A DNA stretch of 64,000 bases from assembly GCA_026706485.1 (NCBI GenBank), contig JAPOYR010000008.1, positions 42,558 to 106,557 of the forward strand, in the 5' to 3' direction. Shown here piece by piece: positions 9,819 to 18,935 of the stretch; positions within the stretch are counted from its first letter, which is position 1; each line of letters opens with the position of its first letter. The DNA comes from Chloroflexota bacterium. Lineage in GTDB: Bacteria > Chloroflexota > UBA11872. A model generated the notes under the pieces. That model was given only the letters and a program-made list of their open reading frames with translations. It was not told the origin of the DNA and did no database searches. The translations under genes and the position numbers were made by a program.

Positions 9819-10652
9819 TTGACCAACGTCCTGCGGTCCCGCGGCCTATGGGCGGGACTCGGCCTGACGGCCGCGGTCGTGGCGCTGCTCGTCACCGTCG
9901 AGCCCGTCCGGCTCGCCGTCCACCACGTGCTCAACGGACTGCGCGAGCAGCCCATCAACATTGAAGCCGGCGCCGACGCGCCAACCGTCGCCGCCACTCC
10001 CGCGACCACGACCGACTTGGCGCCGGACACCTTCGTAATCACAGAGATCGAGGCGCCGGTCTATCTGGACCTCGGCGCGACCGACCCCCTGCCCGATCTC
10101 TCATTCCAGCCGATGGAGTTGGACGCTCCGGCCGGGTTCGCGGTTGCGGCCGAGCGGACGCTGCGGCAGGGCGGCGCCTGGCGCATTGACGTCGACTTCG
10201 AGCAGCTGCAGAGCTTCCTGGCGGGGTCGCAGGTGCGCGTGCCGCTGCCCGAACGGCTGCGCACGCGCGCGGTGAGCGTCCAGGGGCCCGACATGCTGAT
10301 CACCACTTGGACGAACGGAGCGCGAAGGGACAACGACCTGGTGCTCGTCCAATTCGCCACGCCGCTGGTATCCGCGCCGCCCGAGGTCGATCTCGAGCTG
10401 ATCAGCCAGGCCCTCGTGCGCGAGTTCCTGCCACCCGTGCTCGCACGTCGAGTCGAGCTGAGCGAGATCGCGCTGTACCGCGACATCCTCGGGCTCGAAC
10501 CGCTCAGCGACGACGCCGAGCCGCAATCGCTGCAGCTGCCCGACGGGCGCGCCCTCGTCTTCTGGCGAGCCGAGGACTCCTACGCGGCGCTCATGGGACC
10601 GCTCGGCCCCGAGGCGCTGCGGCGCCTGGCCGGCATCGAGCCCGGAGCCTAG
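9819..10652 (+). CDS. Hypothetical membrane-anchored protein
   Basis: 277-aa ORF with one N-terminal TM helix (LWAGLGLTAAVVALLV). It lies 2 nt upstream of the ABC ATPase. I recognised no family. Confidence 0.55.
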   Translation: MTNVLRSRGLWAGLGLTAAVVALLVTVEPVRLAVHHVLNGLREQPINIEAGADAPTVAATPATTTDLAPDTFVITEIEAPVYLDLGATDPLPDLSFQPMELDAPAGFAVAAERTLRQGGAWRIDVDFEQLQSFLAGSQVRVPLPERLRTRAVSVQGPDMLITTWTNGARRDNDLVLVQFATPLVSAPPEVDLELISQALVREFLPPVLARRVELSEIALYRDILGLEPLSDDAEPQSLQLPDGRALVFWRAEDSYAALMGPLGPEALRRLAGIEPGA

Positions 10653-10654
10653 GC

Positions 10655-11566
10655 GTGGACCAGGCCGCCATCCGCGCCACCGGCTTGCGCAAGTCCTTCG
10701 GGGACACACACGCGGTGCGCGGCATCGACCTGGACGTTCCTCGGGGCGAGGTCTTTGGCTTCCTCGGCCCTAACGGCGCGGGCAAGAGCACCGTGGTCAA
10801 GATCATTCTCGGCTTGGTGCAAGCCAGCGCTGGCGAGGTGACCGTGCTCGGTCATCCCGCCGGCAGCCTCGCCGCGCGGCGGCAGATCGGATTCCTGCCC
10901 GAGACGTTTCGCTTTCACCACTGGATGCACGCGTCCGAGTTCCTCGACTTTCACGGTCGCCTCGCCGGTCTTGATCGGGACACTCGTAGCAAGCGGACGC
11001 TGGAGATGCTCGAGCTCGTGGGACTCGCGCACCGTCGCCGCGACCGCCTGGCAACGTTCTCCAAGGGCATGCACCAGCGCATCGGCTTGGCGCAGGCCCT
11101 GCTGGCGGAACCGCCCCTGGTCGTGCTGGACGAGCCGACCTCCGCGCTCGATCCCATCGGCCGGCGCGACGTGCGCGACATCATCCGCGACCTTCGGGCG
11201 GTGGGCATCACCGTGTTTCTCAATTCCCACTTGCTCTCGGAGGTCGAGCAGGTGTGCGACCAGGTCGCCATCATCAACCGCGGTCGCATCGTGGCCGCCG
11301 GCGACCTGCGTGAGCTGCTGGCGGCGCGCGAGGTGGAGCTGCGCCTTGGGGAGGGCGCCGAGGCGGCCCTGCGGGCAGGCGGGGTCCAGCCGGTGTCGGC
11401 ACAGCCGGCTGACGGCCGCTACGTCCTCACGGCCGCCGGCGACGAGGACATCGCCCGCATCACCGCCCATCTCGCCGGCGCCGGCGTCTCCATCTACGAG
11501 GTCCAGGTCCGCTCCAACAGCCTGGAGGACCTGTTCGTGCGCCTCGCGGACGCCACCGACCAATGA
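10655..11566 (+). CDS. ABC transporter ATP-binding protein (ABC-2/DrrA-like)
   Basis: Carries Walker A GPNGAGKST, the signature FSKGMHQRIGLAQAL and Walker B LVVLDEPTSALD. The ORF-track start (10307) overlaps the previous gene; the in-frame GTG at 10655 (VDQAAIRATGLRKSFG) is the plausible start. Confidence 0.9.
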   Translation: MDQAAIRATGLRKSFGDTHAVRGIDLDVPRGEVFGFLGPNGAGKSTVVKIILGLVQASAGEVTVLGHPAGSLAARRQIGFLPETFRFHHWMHASEFLDFHGRLAGLDRDTRSKRTLEMLELVGLAHRRRDRLATFSKGMHQRIGLAQALLAEPPLVVLDEPTSALDPIGRRDVRDIIRDLRAVGITVFLNSHLLSEVEQVCDQVAIINRGRIVAAGDLRELLAAREVELRLGEGAEAALRAGGVQPVSAQPADGRYVLTAAGDEDIARITAHLAGAGVSIYEVQVRSNSLEDLFVRLADATDQ

Positions 11567-12402
11567 ACCTCTGGGTCATCGCCGACCACACGCTCCGCGA
11601 GGCCGTGCGCCGCCGCGTGGTGCTCGCCGCCACGGTCGTCATCGGCGGCTTCCTGGCGCTCTACGCGGTGGGCGTGTGGTTTGGCTACCGCGACATCTCC
11701 ACGGATCCCGACCTCACGATGTCGATGCAACGGGTGATCGTGGGCTTCATGCTGCAGGGCGGCATGTGGAGCCTCAATTTCGTCGCCTCGCTGCTCGCCA
11801 TTTTCCTCGCGGTGGGATCCATCTCCGGCGAGATCGACCAGGGCACCATGCACGCCGTGGCCGCTCGGCCGGTGCGCCGCGCGCACATTGTGCTGGGCAA
11901 GTTCCTGGGCAATCTCATGCTCCTCACCGTCTTCATCGGCGTCTCGACCGCGATCATGATTGCCGTCGTCTCGATCATCACCGGGCAGTACGCCGAGCGT
12001 GCCTGGACGGCGCCCTTCGCCATGCTGTTCGCCGCCGCCATCTTGCTGGCTCTCACCATCGCGGGCAGCACGCGGCTGGGCACGCTGGCCAACGGCGTGG
12101 TGGTGTTCACGCTTTACGCGGTGGCGCTGGTCGGCGGCGTGATCGAGCAGATCGGCAACTTTCTCGACAATCCCGTCACGTTCGACATCGGCATCGCCAC
12201 GAGTGTGCTGCTGCCCACGCGGGCGCTTTGGGACCTCGCCGGCGCACAGTTGGCCCAGGAGTCGGGGGCGGCGGGCGGTATGACGGGAGGCCCGTTCAGC
12301 TCACTGAATCCTCCGTCCGGCTGGATGCTGTTGGTGGCCGGTGTGTACTTGGTGCTGGCGCTGGCTTACGCAATTCGCGGCTTCCAACGTCGAGACATCT
12401 GA
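11563..12402 (+). CDS. ABC-2 type transporter permease
   Basis: 279-aa protein with about 6 TM helices and an ATGA overlap with the ATPase gene. Confidence 0.8.
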   Translation: MNLWVIADHTLREAVRRRVVLAATVVIGGFLALYAVGVWFGYRDISTDPDLTMSMQRVIVGFMLQGGMWSLNFVASLLAIFLAVGSISGEIDQGTMHAVAARPVRRAHIVLGKFLGNLMLLTVFIGVSTAIMIAVVSIITGQYAERAWTAPFAMLFAAAILLALTIAGSTRLGTLANGVVVFTLYAVALVGGVIEQIGNFLDNPVTFDIGIATSVLLPTRALWDLAGAQLAQESGAAGGMTGGPFSSLNPPSGWMLLVAGVYLVLALAYAIRGFQRRDI

Positions 12403-12449
12403 CCGCCCCTCTACAATGCCCGCCATCAAGGCGGAACCGGTGGGTCCAC

Positions 12450-13724
12450 ATGGCTGATCCCCTGCGCGTCGCGGCCGTGGGCTGCGGCGACCACATGGTT
12501 GCCCGGCTGCTGCCGTCGATTCACGACGCTTCCGAGGTCGTACTCACGGCGGCCGTGGACACCGACCCGACGGCGACGCGAGAAGTCGCGCTCGGCGGCG
12601 TTCAGGCCTTCCACGACGCCGAGTCCATGGCCGCGAGCGGCGTCGCCGACGCGGCCGTGATCGCCGTGCCCCACGACGCGTTGGCAGACACGGCGCTGAC
12701 GTGCATCAACGCCGGTCTTCACGTGCTCGTCGAGAAGCCCCTGGCTCGAAACCGCGCCGAGGCCGAAGGCGTCGCCGCGGCGGCGCGCGAGCGCGGCGTC
12801 GTCGTCATGCCCGGCTACTGCCTCCGCTTCCATCCCGCCCGCACGCATCTGCGCGACCTGCTGGCGCGCGGTCTGACCGGTGAAATCGTCGGCATCGTCG
12901 CGTTCAAGGGCGGTCCGCCGCTGAAAGGCTGGCTGGCCGAGCCCGCGCGCGGCGGCGGACAACTCGCCTTCGTCGGCAGCCACCTCGTCGACCAGGTGCT
13001 GTGGCTGCACCGCGCCCGGGTCGTGAGCGTGAGCGCGCGCGTCGTGAATCGCCACGACACCGGCAGCGACGAAACCTCCTCGATCCTGATGACGTTCGAC
13101 GACGACGTGACAGCCGCGCTTGTGGTCTCGCAGGCATCGCCCGCGCACGGCGACGTAATCGACCTGGTCGGCCGCGCCGGCCGCCTGCGCAGCGACGTGT
13201 TTGCCGCCACGGTGGAAGTCAACGCCACCGCCAGTCGCACCTTCGACCGCCCCGCCACCCTGCATCACTTCGGCGACCCGTGGCAGGCCATGTTCGACGG
13301 CGAGATCGCCGAGTTTGCCCGCGTGGTGCGTCAGCGCACCGCGCCGGTCGTCACCAGCCTCGACGCCATCCGCACTCTCGCCGTGCTGGACGCGGTGCGC
13401 GAAGCGGCCGAGGCGGGCGGGTCCGTCGCCGTCGACGATCCATGGGACGGGCGCGGCCCACGGTCCGTCTCCCGGCGCGGTCCCGCGCGCATGCGGCTGC
13501 AGCTCACCTACCCCGCCGACAAGATCCAATCGCCGATCGTCAACGAGCTCGCACGGCGCTTCGACCTGCGGCTCGATATCCGCCGCGCGGACATCGACGG
13601 AGGCATCGGCTGGGTCCAGTTGCTGGTCGAAGGCGACCACGACGAGATCGACGCCGCCGTCGAGTGGACCGAGGCCCAGGGAATCCGCGTGGACCCGGTG
13701 GAAGGCGAGATCGTCGGCGGCTAG
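12450..13724 (+). CDS. Gfo/Idh/MocA-family oxidoreductase with C-terminal NIL domain
   Basis: This is the last 425 codons of the 917-aa track ORF. The N-terminus reads MADPLRVAAVGCGDHMVARLLPSI (Rossmann) with EKPLA. The C-terminal 78 aa, MRLQLTYPADKIQSPIVNELARRFDLRLDIRRADIDGGIGWVQLLVEGDHDEIDAAVEWTEAQGIRVDP, look like a NIL domain. No stop separates the two parts. Confidence 0.75.
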   Translation: MADPLRVAAVGCGDHMVARLLPSIHDASEVVLTAAVDTDPTATREVALGGVQAFHDAESMAASGVADAAVIAVPHDALADTALTCINAGLHVLVEKPLARNRAEAEGVAAAARERGVVVMPGYCLRFHPARTHLRDLLARGLTGEIVGIVAFKGGPPLKGWLAEPARGGGQLAFVGSHLVDQVLWLHRARVVSVSARVVNRHDTGSDETSSILMTFDDDVTAALVVSQASPAHGDVIDLVGRAGRLRSDVFAATVEVNATASRTFDRPATLHHFGDPWQAMFDGEIAEFARVVRQRTAPVVTSLDAIRTLAVLDAVREAAEAGGSVAVDDPWDGRGPRSVSRRGPARMRLQLTYPADKIQSPIVNELARRFDLRLDIRRADIDGGIGWVQLLVEGDHDEIDAAVEWTEAQGIRVDPVEGEIVGG

Positions 13725-13764
13725 CGACTTCGATCGCAATAGCTCGAAACGACTCGAGAGCTTC

Positions 13765-13818
13765 ACCCCAATCCGTTCGCCCTGAGCCTGTCGAAGGGGT
13801 GCCGAACGGATTGGGGTG
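13765..13818. repeat. Perfect 16-bp inverted repeat hairpin (family E-related); possible bidirectional terminator
   Basis: CACCCCAATCCGTTCG (13765-13780) pairs with CGAACGGATTGGGGTG (13803-13818) across a 22-nt loop. It sits between convergent genes. Confidence 0.6.
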
Positions 13819-13855
13819 CATGTCCGCCGTGGGTCATGTGATGCCTGGGGGCGTT

Positions 13856-14953
13856 CTACCGGTCGGAGCCGTCCATCACCGCCCGATAGAACGCCGCCGT
13901 CGCCTCGGCAATCCGCGCATGGGTGAATTCCGCCAGCACGCGCGCTCGTCCCGCCTCGGCAAGCCGCCCGCGCTCGTCGGCATGCTCGCGCAAGTCGACC
14001 AACGCCTGCTTGAGCGCCTCCACGTCGCCGGCGGGAACAATTCGTCCCGCCTCGCCCACCACCGCCGGAAGCTCGCCCGCGTCGGACACGATCACCGGCG
14101 CCCCGCAGGCCATGGCCTCGATGGCCGCGCGCCCGAACTGCTCGGTCCAGCCTCGCCGTCCCAGCGTCGGCAGCACTAGCACGTCAAGCCCCTGGTAGAA
14201 GTCCGGCATCGCGGCGCTGGGCAGCGCGCCCAGCAAACGCACGCGGTTGTCGCCCGCCGTCTGCCCGCGAATCGCCTCCTGCAGCGGTCCCGTGCCGGCG
14301 ACGAGCAGCTCCACGTCGCCGTCGATCCGCCGCACCGCCTCCAGCAGCAGCTCGATGCCCTTCGCCTCGATCAACCGACCGGCATATCCAATGCGAAACG
14401 TGGCGCCGGGTTCACGGTCGCCGGGCGCAAAGAGTTCGGGATCCACGCCGAATTGCGGGATGACCGCCAGCCGGCCCCCGAAGCCCTTGGCCCGCAGCAC
14501 CTCGGCCGCCGTCGGAGTCCCGGCGATGCCCGCGGCGCGCCCGAAGACGTAGCGCTCGAACCACGCGAACGGCGGTGGATATCGCCGCCGGATGTTCTGC
14601 CAGGCGAAAAAAACCACCCGCGCACCGCGACTGCGAGCGACGCGGCAGGCATGCACGGTCGCCGCGTTGTAGGGCTCTTCGTCGATGTGCACGATATCGG
14701 GCCGGAACTCCTCGACGGCGCCCGCGAGCCCCGGCCACCAGTGCAGGTGAAAGCGCCCGTTCAGCCGGAGCGGCTGGTAGCGCAGGCCGTATCGTGCGGG
14801 CGTGACCGGCTCGGCGCGCTGCCGCCGCCCGCTCTCGACCCAGGAATCGGGCGCCAGCGCCAGCAGATCGACCTCGGGCTGCGCGCCCAGGGCTTCGAGC
14901 TTGGCGTGATAGGCGCCCACCACCAGCGCCTTCGACGCCATGAGAATCTTCAT
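13856..14953 (-). CDS. Glycosyltransferase family 4
   Basis: GT-B group 1 C-terminal motifs are present (LVLPTLGRRGWTEQFGRAAIEAMACGAPVIVSD). The start was moved to ATG 14953 (MKILMASK), which overlaps the upstream stop as ATGA. Confidence 0.85.
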   Translation of the reverse strand: MKILMASKALVVGAYHAKLEALGAQPEVDLLALAPDSWVESGRRQRAEPVTPARYGLRYQPLRLNGRFHLHWWPGLAGAVEEFRPDIVHIDEEPYNAATVHACRVARSRGARVVFFAWQNIRRRYPPPFAWFERYVFGRAAGIAGTPTAAEVLRAKGFGGRLAVIPQFGVDPELFAPGDREPGATFRIGYAGRLIEAKGIELLLEAVRRIDGDVELLVAGTGPLQEAIRGQTAGDNRVRLLGALPSAAMPDFYQGLDVLVLPTLGRRGWTEQFGRAAIEAMACGAPVIVSDAGELPAVVGEAGRIVPAGDVEALKQALVDLREHADERGRLAEAGRARVLAEFTHARIAEATAAFYRAVMDGSDR

Positions 14954-16008
14954 CCCGCCGCCTTGGCGTAAACCGCCATCGTCGCCTCTGCCGCCCGCTC
15001 CCACGTGAACTCGCGCGCCCGTGCGATGCCCGCATCACGCAGCGACGCCGCTCGGTTTGGATCGCTCAGCACGTCCGCCACGGCAGTCGTCCAGGCCGCG
15101 GCGTCATTGGGACCTGCGAATACGGCGGCGTCGCCCAGGACCTCCGGAATCGACGTCGCATCGGATGCCACGACCGGAACGCCGCACGCCATGGCCTCCA
15201 CCGGGTCCAGCCCAAACCCCTCGTAGCGCGACGGAAACACGAAGACGGCGGCGGCCCGGTAGAGGGCTGCCTTGTCCTCTTCCGGCACCTCGCCAATCAC
15301 GTTCAGCCAGGGGGCGTCTCCATGATTGCGGAACCAGTCCACGTACACCGGGCTCTGGGGGCGGGGCGCGCGTCCCGCGACGACCAGGGCAACGCCGGTC
15401 GCCGACCAAATCTCCGGCCAGGCCTGGAGCAGCACGCCCAGGTTCTTGCGAGCGTCCAGCGCCCCCAGATACAGCGCAAAGCGCGCCGGAAGACCGAAGC
15501 GCCCACGAATCGCCGCGTCGCGGCCATCCGGCGTCGGGGTGAGGCTCGTGGCGATGCCGTTGTGAATCACGTGAATCCGATCGGCCGGCACGCCCAGCAC
15601 CGTCGTCAGTTCGCGCCGGGTCCAGTGCGACACCGAGATCACGTGGCGGATACGCCGCAGCCCGGCGCGAGTCAGCAGGTTGTAGAGCCGCCGCGGTCGG
15701 CTGGCGCCGTACTCGGGCAATACGAAGGGAATGGCGTCATGCGCGGTCACGATGGCGCGCGATATGGCGATCGGCGGCGCGAGATGCGGCGCATGAAGCA
15801 CGTCGCCCGAACGGCGGGCGGCCGCGGGCCATGCCGCTTGCTCCCACCACACCTTCCCGACGCGGCCCCGCGCTCCGCTCCCAGGCACGCGCTCCACGAT
15901 CTCGATGTCCGGGTATCCCGCCCGCAGCGCGGCGACCAGATGCTCCAGGTGTTGACCGGTGCCCGTCAGCGGATATAGGCGAAAGAGGGCGTTGAGCTCG
16001 ACGCGCAC
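14950..16008 (-). CDS. Glycosyltransferase family 4
   Basis: VFVFPSRYEGFGLDPVEAMACGVPVVASD is the E-x7-E type GT4 motif. Confidence 0.85.
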   Translation of the reverse strand: MRVELNALFRLYPLTGTGQHLEHLVAALRAGYPDIEIVERVPGSGARGRVGKVWWEQAAWPAAARRSGDVLHAPHLAPPIAISRAIVTAHDAIPFVLPEYGASRPRRLYNLLTRAGLRRIRHVISVSHWTRRELTTVLGVPADRIHVIHNGIATSLTPTPDGRDAAIRGRFGLPARFALYLGALDARKNLGVLLQAWPEIWSATGVALVVAGRAPRPQSPVYVDWFRNHGDAPWLNVIGEVPEEDKAALYRAAAVFVFPSRYEGFGLDPVEAMACGVPVVASDATSIPEVLGDAAVFAGPNDAAAWTTAVADVLSDPNRAASLRDAGIARAREFTWERAAEATMAVYAKAAG

Positions 16009-16023
16009 CGGAGGCTGGTGCGC

Positions 16024-16695
16024 CTAGCGGTTTTCGTTGATGCCGAACCGCCGGTAGACGCCCAGCGCCGTGGCGTCGTCTCCACTAAAGGCGACCTTGA
16101 GCGTCAGCAGCGCCGCGATCACGGCCCCGCCGATGGCGAACGTCCACGAGCCCTGCATGAGCCCGAACACCACCGGGATCGCCGCGTGAAGCACGCGGGC
16201 CGCGGGCACGTTGCGCCGGATGGCCAGAATCGCCGCCAGCCACACCCCAAAGAGCACCAGCAGCATGAGCGGGGCGGCTACCAGCAGCGCCCAACCCACC
16301 GTGGTGCTGCCGCGGCTCCCGCGAAACTTGGCGAAGAGCTGCCACATGTTGCCCGCGGTGAGCCCCGCCATGGCAACCATGAGACCGACGTCGTCCCGCA
16401 TCGGCACCCACCAGTCGGCCGGATACTGCCATCCCCAGGGAAACCATCCCTCGGGAAACCACCCCGCCAGAAACACGGTGAGCGCCGCCAAGATGCCGTG
16501 GCCGACGATCGTGAGCAGGCCGGGCAGCTTGCCCACGTTGAACATCGTGTTGAGCACGCCCAGGTTGCCGGAGCCGATCCGTCGCAGGTCCGTCCGCTTC
16601 AGCACGGCGGACATGATCAATGCGACCGGCACGCTGCCAAGCAGGTAGGCCACAACGCCCAGGACGGCGTAGCTCAGAATGTCGGGAGGTGTCAT
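16024..16695 (-). CDS. PlsY-family (glycerol-3-phosphate acyltransferase-like) membrane protein, divergent
   Basis: YLLGSVPVALIMS...DLRRIGSGNLGVLNT matches PlsY motifs 1 and 2. The motif 3 region reads AGNMWQLFAKFRGSRGST rather than the usual GH.FP.F..FKGGKGVAT. Confidence 0.65.
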   Translation of the reverse strand: MTPPDILSYAVLGVVAYLLGSVPVALIMSAVLKRTDLRRIGSGNLGVLNTMFNVGKLPGLLTIVGHGILAALTVFLAGWFPEGWFPWGWQYPADWWVPMRDDVGLMVAMAGLTAGNMWQLFAKFRGSRGSTTVGWALLVAAPLMLLVLFGVWLAAILAIRRNVPAARVLHAAIPVVFGLMQGSWTFAIGGAVIAALLTLKVAFSGDDATALGVYRRFGINENR

Positions 16696-16716
16696 ACGCC
16701 TTGCCTCGGCCGCAGT

Positions 16717-17892
16717 CTACCGCTTCGCGGCGATCCCGCTGCCCTGGGGCGACGGCTCACCGCGGCGCGCCTCGGCGTACACGTCGAGCATCTGCCGCGC
16801 CGAGCGGGACCACGAAAAGTCCTCGAGCCGGCGCCTCCCGCGCTCCATCAGCTCCGCGCGCCGATCCGCATCCCGCACCACGCGCACGATGCCGGCGGCG
16901 ATTGACTCGGGATCGTGCGGGTCCACCAGCTCCGCCGCATCTCCCGCCGCCTCGAGCATCCCGGATTCGTTGGACGTCACCACCGGGGCGCCGCAGGCGA
17001 ACGCCTCCAGGATCGGAAGGCCAAAGCCCTCCGCAAAGCTCGGATACACCAGCACGGCCGCCCGGCGATAGAGCGCTCGCAGCGTCGCGTCGCTGGTTTG
17101 GCCGACGAATCGAACGCCGGGCGGTCCGGCCGACTCGATGTCGGCGAACACCCGCTCGCACAGCCAGCCCTCGCGTCCCACATGTACCACCGGCAACTGC
17201 CGGCCCAGTTGCCGCGCGCTCAACGCGGCCGCGCGGGCCAGCCCCCCGAGATTCTTCCGTGGATGAATCGTGCCCACGCTCAGCAGGTATTCCTCGGGCA
17301 GCCGCAGCCGTCGTCGCACCGCGGCCAGCTCCTCCGCGCCGTCACGCTCGTGGAAATCCGCGCTGACCGCGTTCGGCACCACCCGGATCCGGTGCGGGCG
17401 CACGCCGTAGCGCGTCATCAGGTCCCGGCGCGTGGTCTCGGAGACCGCGACGACCAATCGCGCCCGGTCGATCGACCATGGCACCGCGGATTCCAGAAAC
17501 CGCCGCTGCGCCGGGTGCGCGTCCTCGGGCCGGGTGGCAAACGCCAGGTCGTGCACGGTGACCACGCCGGCGGCCGCGATGCGCGGCGGGAGGACGAAGT
17601 CCGGCCCGTGCATCACATGCAGAGGACCCAGCAGCGTCTCGATGGGCAGCGGCAATCGCGCCTTGTACCAGCCCGCCAGCATGACCCGAGGACTGAGCGG
17701 CAACCGCCGCAGCTTGACGCGCTCGTGCACGCCGAGCGCATCGGCCTCGGGCACCGGCCCGCGGTGGGCATAGACCAGGCGCAGGTCCGGACAGTCCGGC
17801 AGCCGCAGCATCGCGTTCACCAGCTCGCGCGTCGCGCGGCCGATGCCTTCCCGTTGGGTGGCGGCGGACGTGTAGTCGATGCCGACCCGCAC
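16717..17892 (-). CDS. Glycosyltransferase family 4
   Basis: VLVYPSFAEGFGLPILEAFACGAPVVTSN. The start was moved to the in-frame GTG at 17892 (VRVGIDYT) to avoid overlap with the upstream gene. Confidence 0.85.
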   Translation of the reverse strand: MRVGIDYTSAATQREGIGRATRELVNAMLRLPDCPDLRLVYAHRGPVPEADALGVHERVKLRRLPLSPRVMLAGWYKARLPLPIETLLGPLHVMHGPDFVLPPRIAAAGVVTVHDLAFATRPEDAHPAQRRFLESAVPWSIDRARLVVAVSETTRRDLMTRYGVRPHRIRVVPNAVSADFHERDGAEELAAVRRRLRLPEEYLLSVGTIHPRKNLGGLARAAALSARQLGRQLPVVHVGREGWLCERVFADIESAGPPGVRFVGQTSDATLRALYRRAAVLVYPSFAEGFGLPILEAFACGAPVVTSNESGMLEAAGDAAELVDPHDPESIAAGIVRVVRDADRRAELMERGRRRLEDFSWSRSARQMLDVYAEARRGEPSPQGSGIAAKR

Positions 17893-17900
17893 GGGTTGCC

Positions 17901-18935
17901 CTACCGCTTCATTCGCGTCAACGCAAACATCGCCGCGCCGGTGACCGTGACGCACCAATAGGAAATGAACCGGTCGATGATCGCCACCACCCCCGCCGGC
18001 CCGGCGCTCACGCCGCCGGCCACCCGCAGCAGGCCGATGATCCCGCCATCAACCGCTCCCAGGCCGCCGGGGGTCGGAAACGCCAGCAGCAGCGACGCGG
18101 CCGCGCCGCTGAAGAAGATCGTGCCCAGGCCCAGCTCGAGCCCAACCGCCCGCGTCACCAGGGTCAGCCGGCCCATCTCCGCCGTCCAGATGACGAAGCT
18201 CAACAGCCAGAGTGAGGGTCCGCTGCGCCAGGTCCAGCTATCGAAGACGCCGCTGTGAAAGCGCTCGTAGATCTCCCCCACCCGCTTCGGAAAGCGTCGG
18301 AAAATCGGGCTGCCGAACAGCAGCATGGCGAACACCGCCGCGGCGAGCACGGCCAGCACCACGACCGCCACCACGATGATCCGGCCCACGTCCTCGCCAA
18401 CCTCCGCCTGCTGCAGCACGAACACCGAGCTCACCAGCACGATCAGAATCAGGCTCACCACGTCGAGCACGCGTTCGGTGAACACCGTCCCCAGCGTGCG
18501 CGTGAGCGACGTGCCGTAGTTGGCGCGGGCCATGTAGGCCCGGTAGACGTCGCCCATCTTGAGCGGAATCACGCCGTTCACGAACCACGAGATGTAGAGG
18601 ATCTGAAACAGGCCCCACATCGTGTATTTCGGCGTCGTCTCCTCATGCTTGACCGCGTTGTTCAGCAAGATGCGCCAGCGCAAGGTCCGCAGCGGAAAGT
18701 TCGAAGCGTAGACCACGAAGGCGGCCACGATCAGCCACGGATTGGCGCGCGACAGCCGATCCAGGATTTCCTCGATCGACAGGTCGTTCAGGAACCACAC
18801 CAGCACCAGCAGCGCCGCGGCGATCGCAAAGCTGAGCAGCGTCCGGACGCTCAGAAAGCCGCGGCGAAGGGCCGGGCGGGCGACCAGCGGCCCCTCCGGT
18901 TCGGCGCCCTCCGGCGGGATCTCCCGCTCGTTCAT
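17901..18935 (-). CDS. UPF0104 / LPG-synthase-TM (flippase-like) membrane protein
   Basis: A polytopic protein. The region ANPWLIVAAFVVYASNFPLRTLRWRILL is characteristic of this family. The ATG at 18935 overlaps the upstream stop as ATGA. Confidence 0.75.
   Translation of the reverse strand: MNEREIPPEGAEPEGPLVARPALRRGFLSVRTLLSFAIAAALLVLVWFLNDLSIEEILDRLSRANPWLIVAAFVVYASNFPLRTLRWRILLNNAVKHEETTPKYTMWGLFQILYISWFVNGVIPLKMGDVYRAYMARANYGTSLTRTLGTVFTERVLDVVSLILIVLVSSVFVLQQAEVGEDVGRIIVVAVVVLAVLAAAVFAMLLFGSPIFRRFPKRVGEIYERFHSGVFDSWTWRSGPSLWLLSFVIWTAEMGRLTLVTRAVGLELGLGTIFFSGAAASLLLAFPTPGGLGAVDGGIIGLLRVAGGVSAGPAGVVAIIDRFISYWCVTVTGAAMFALTRMKR

Noticed and set aside
10971-13724. A 917-aa ORF that looks like one giant gene.
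   Set aside because: Only the last 425 codons (from ATG 12450) have a coherent protein signature. The upstream part is an out-of-frame read-through of the ABC ATPase and permease genes.
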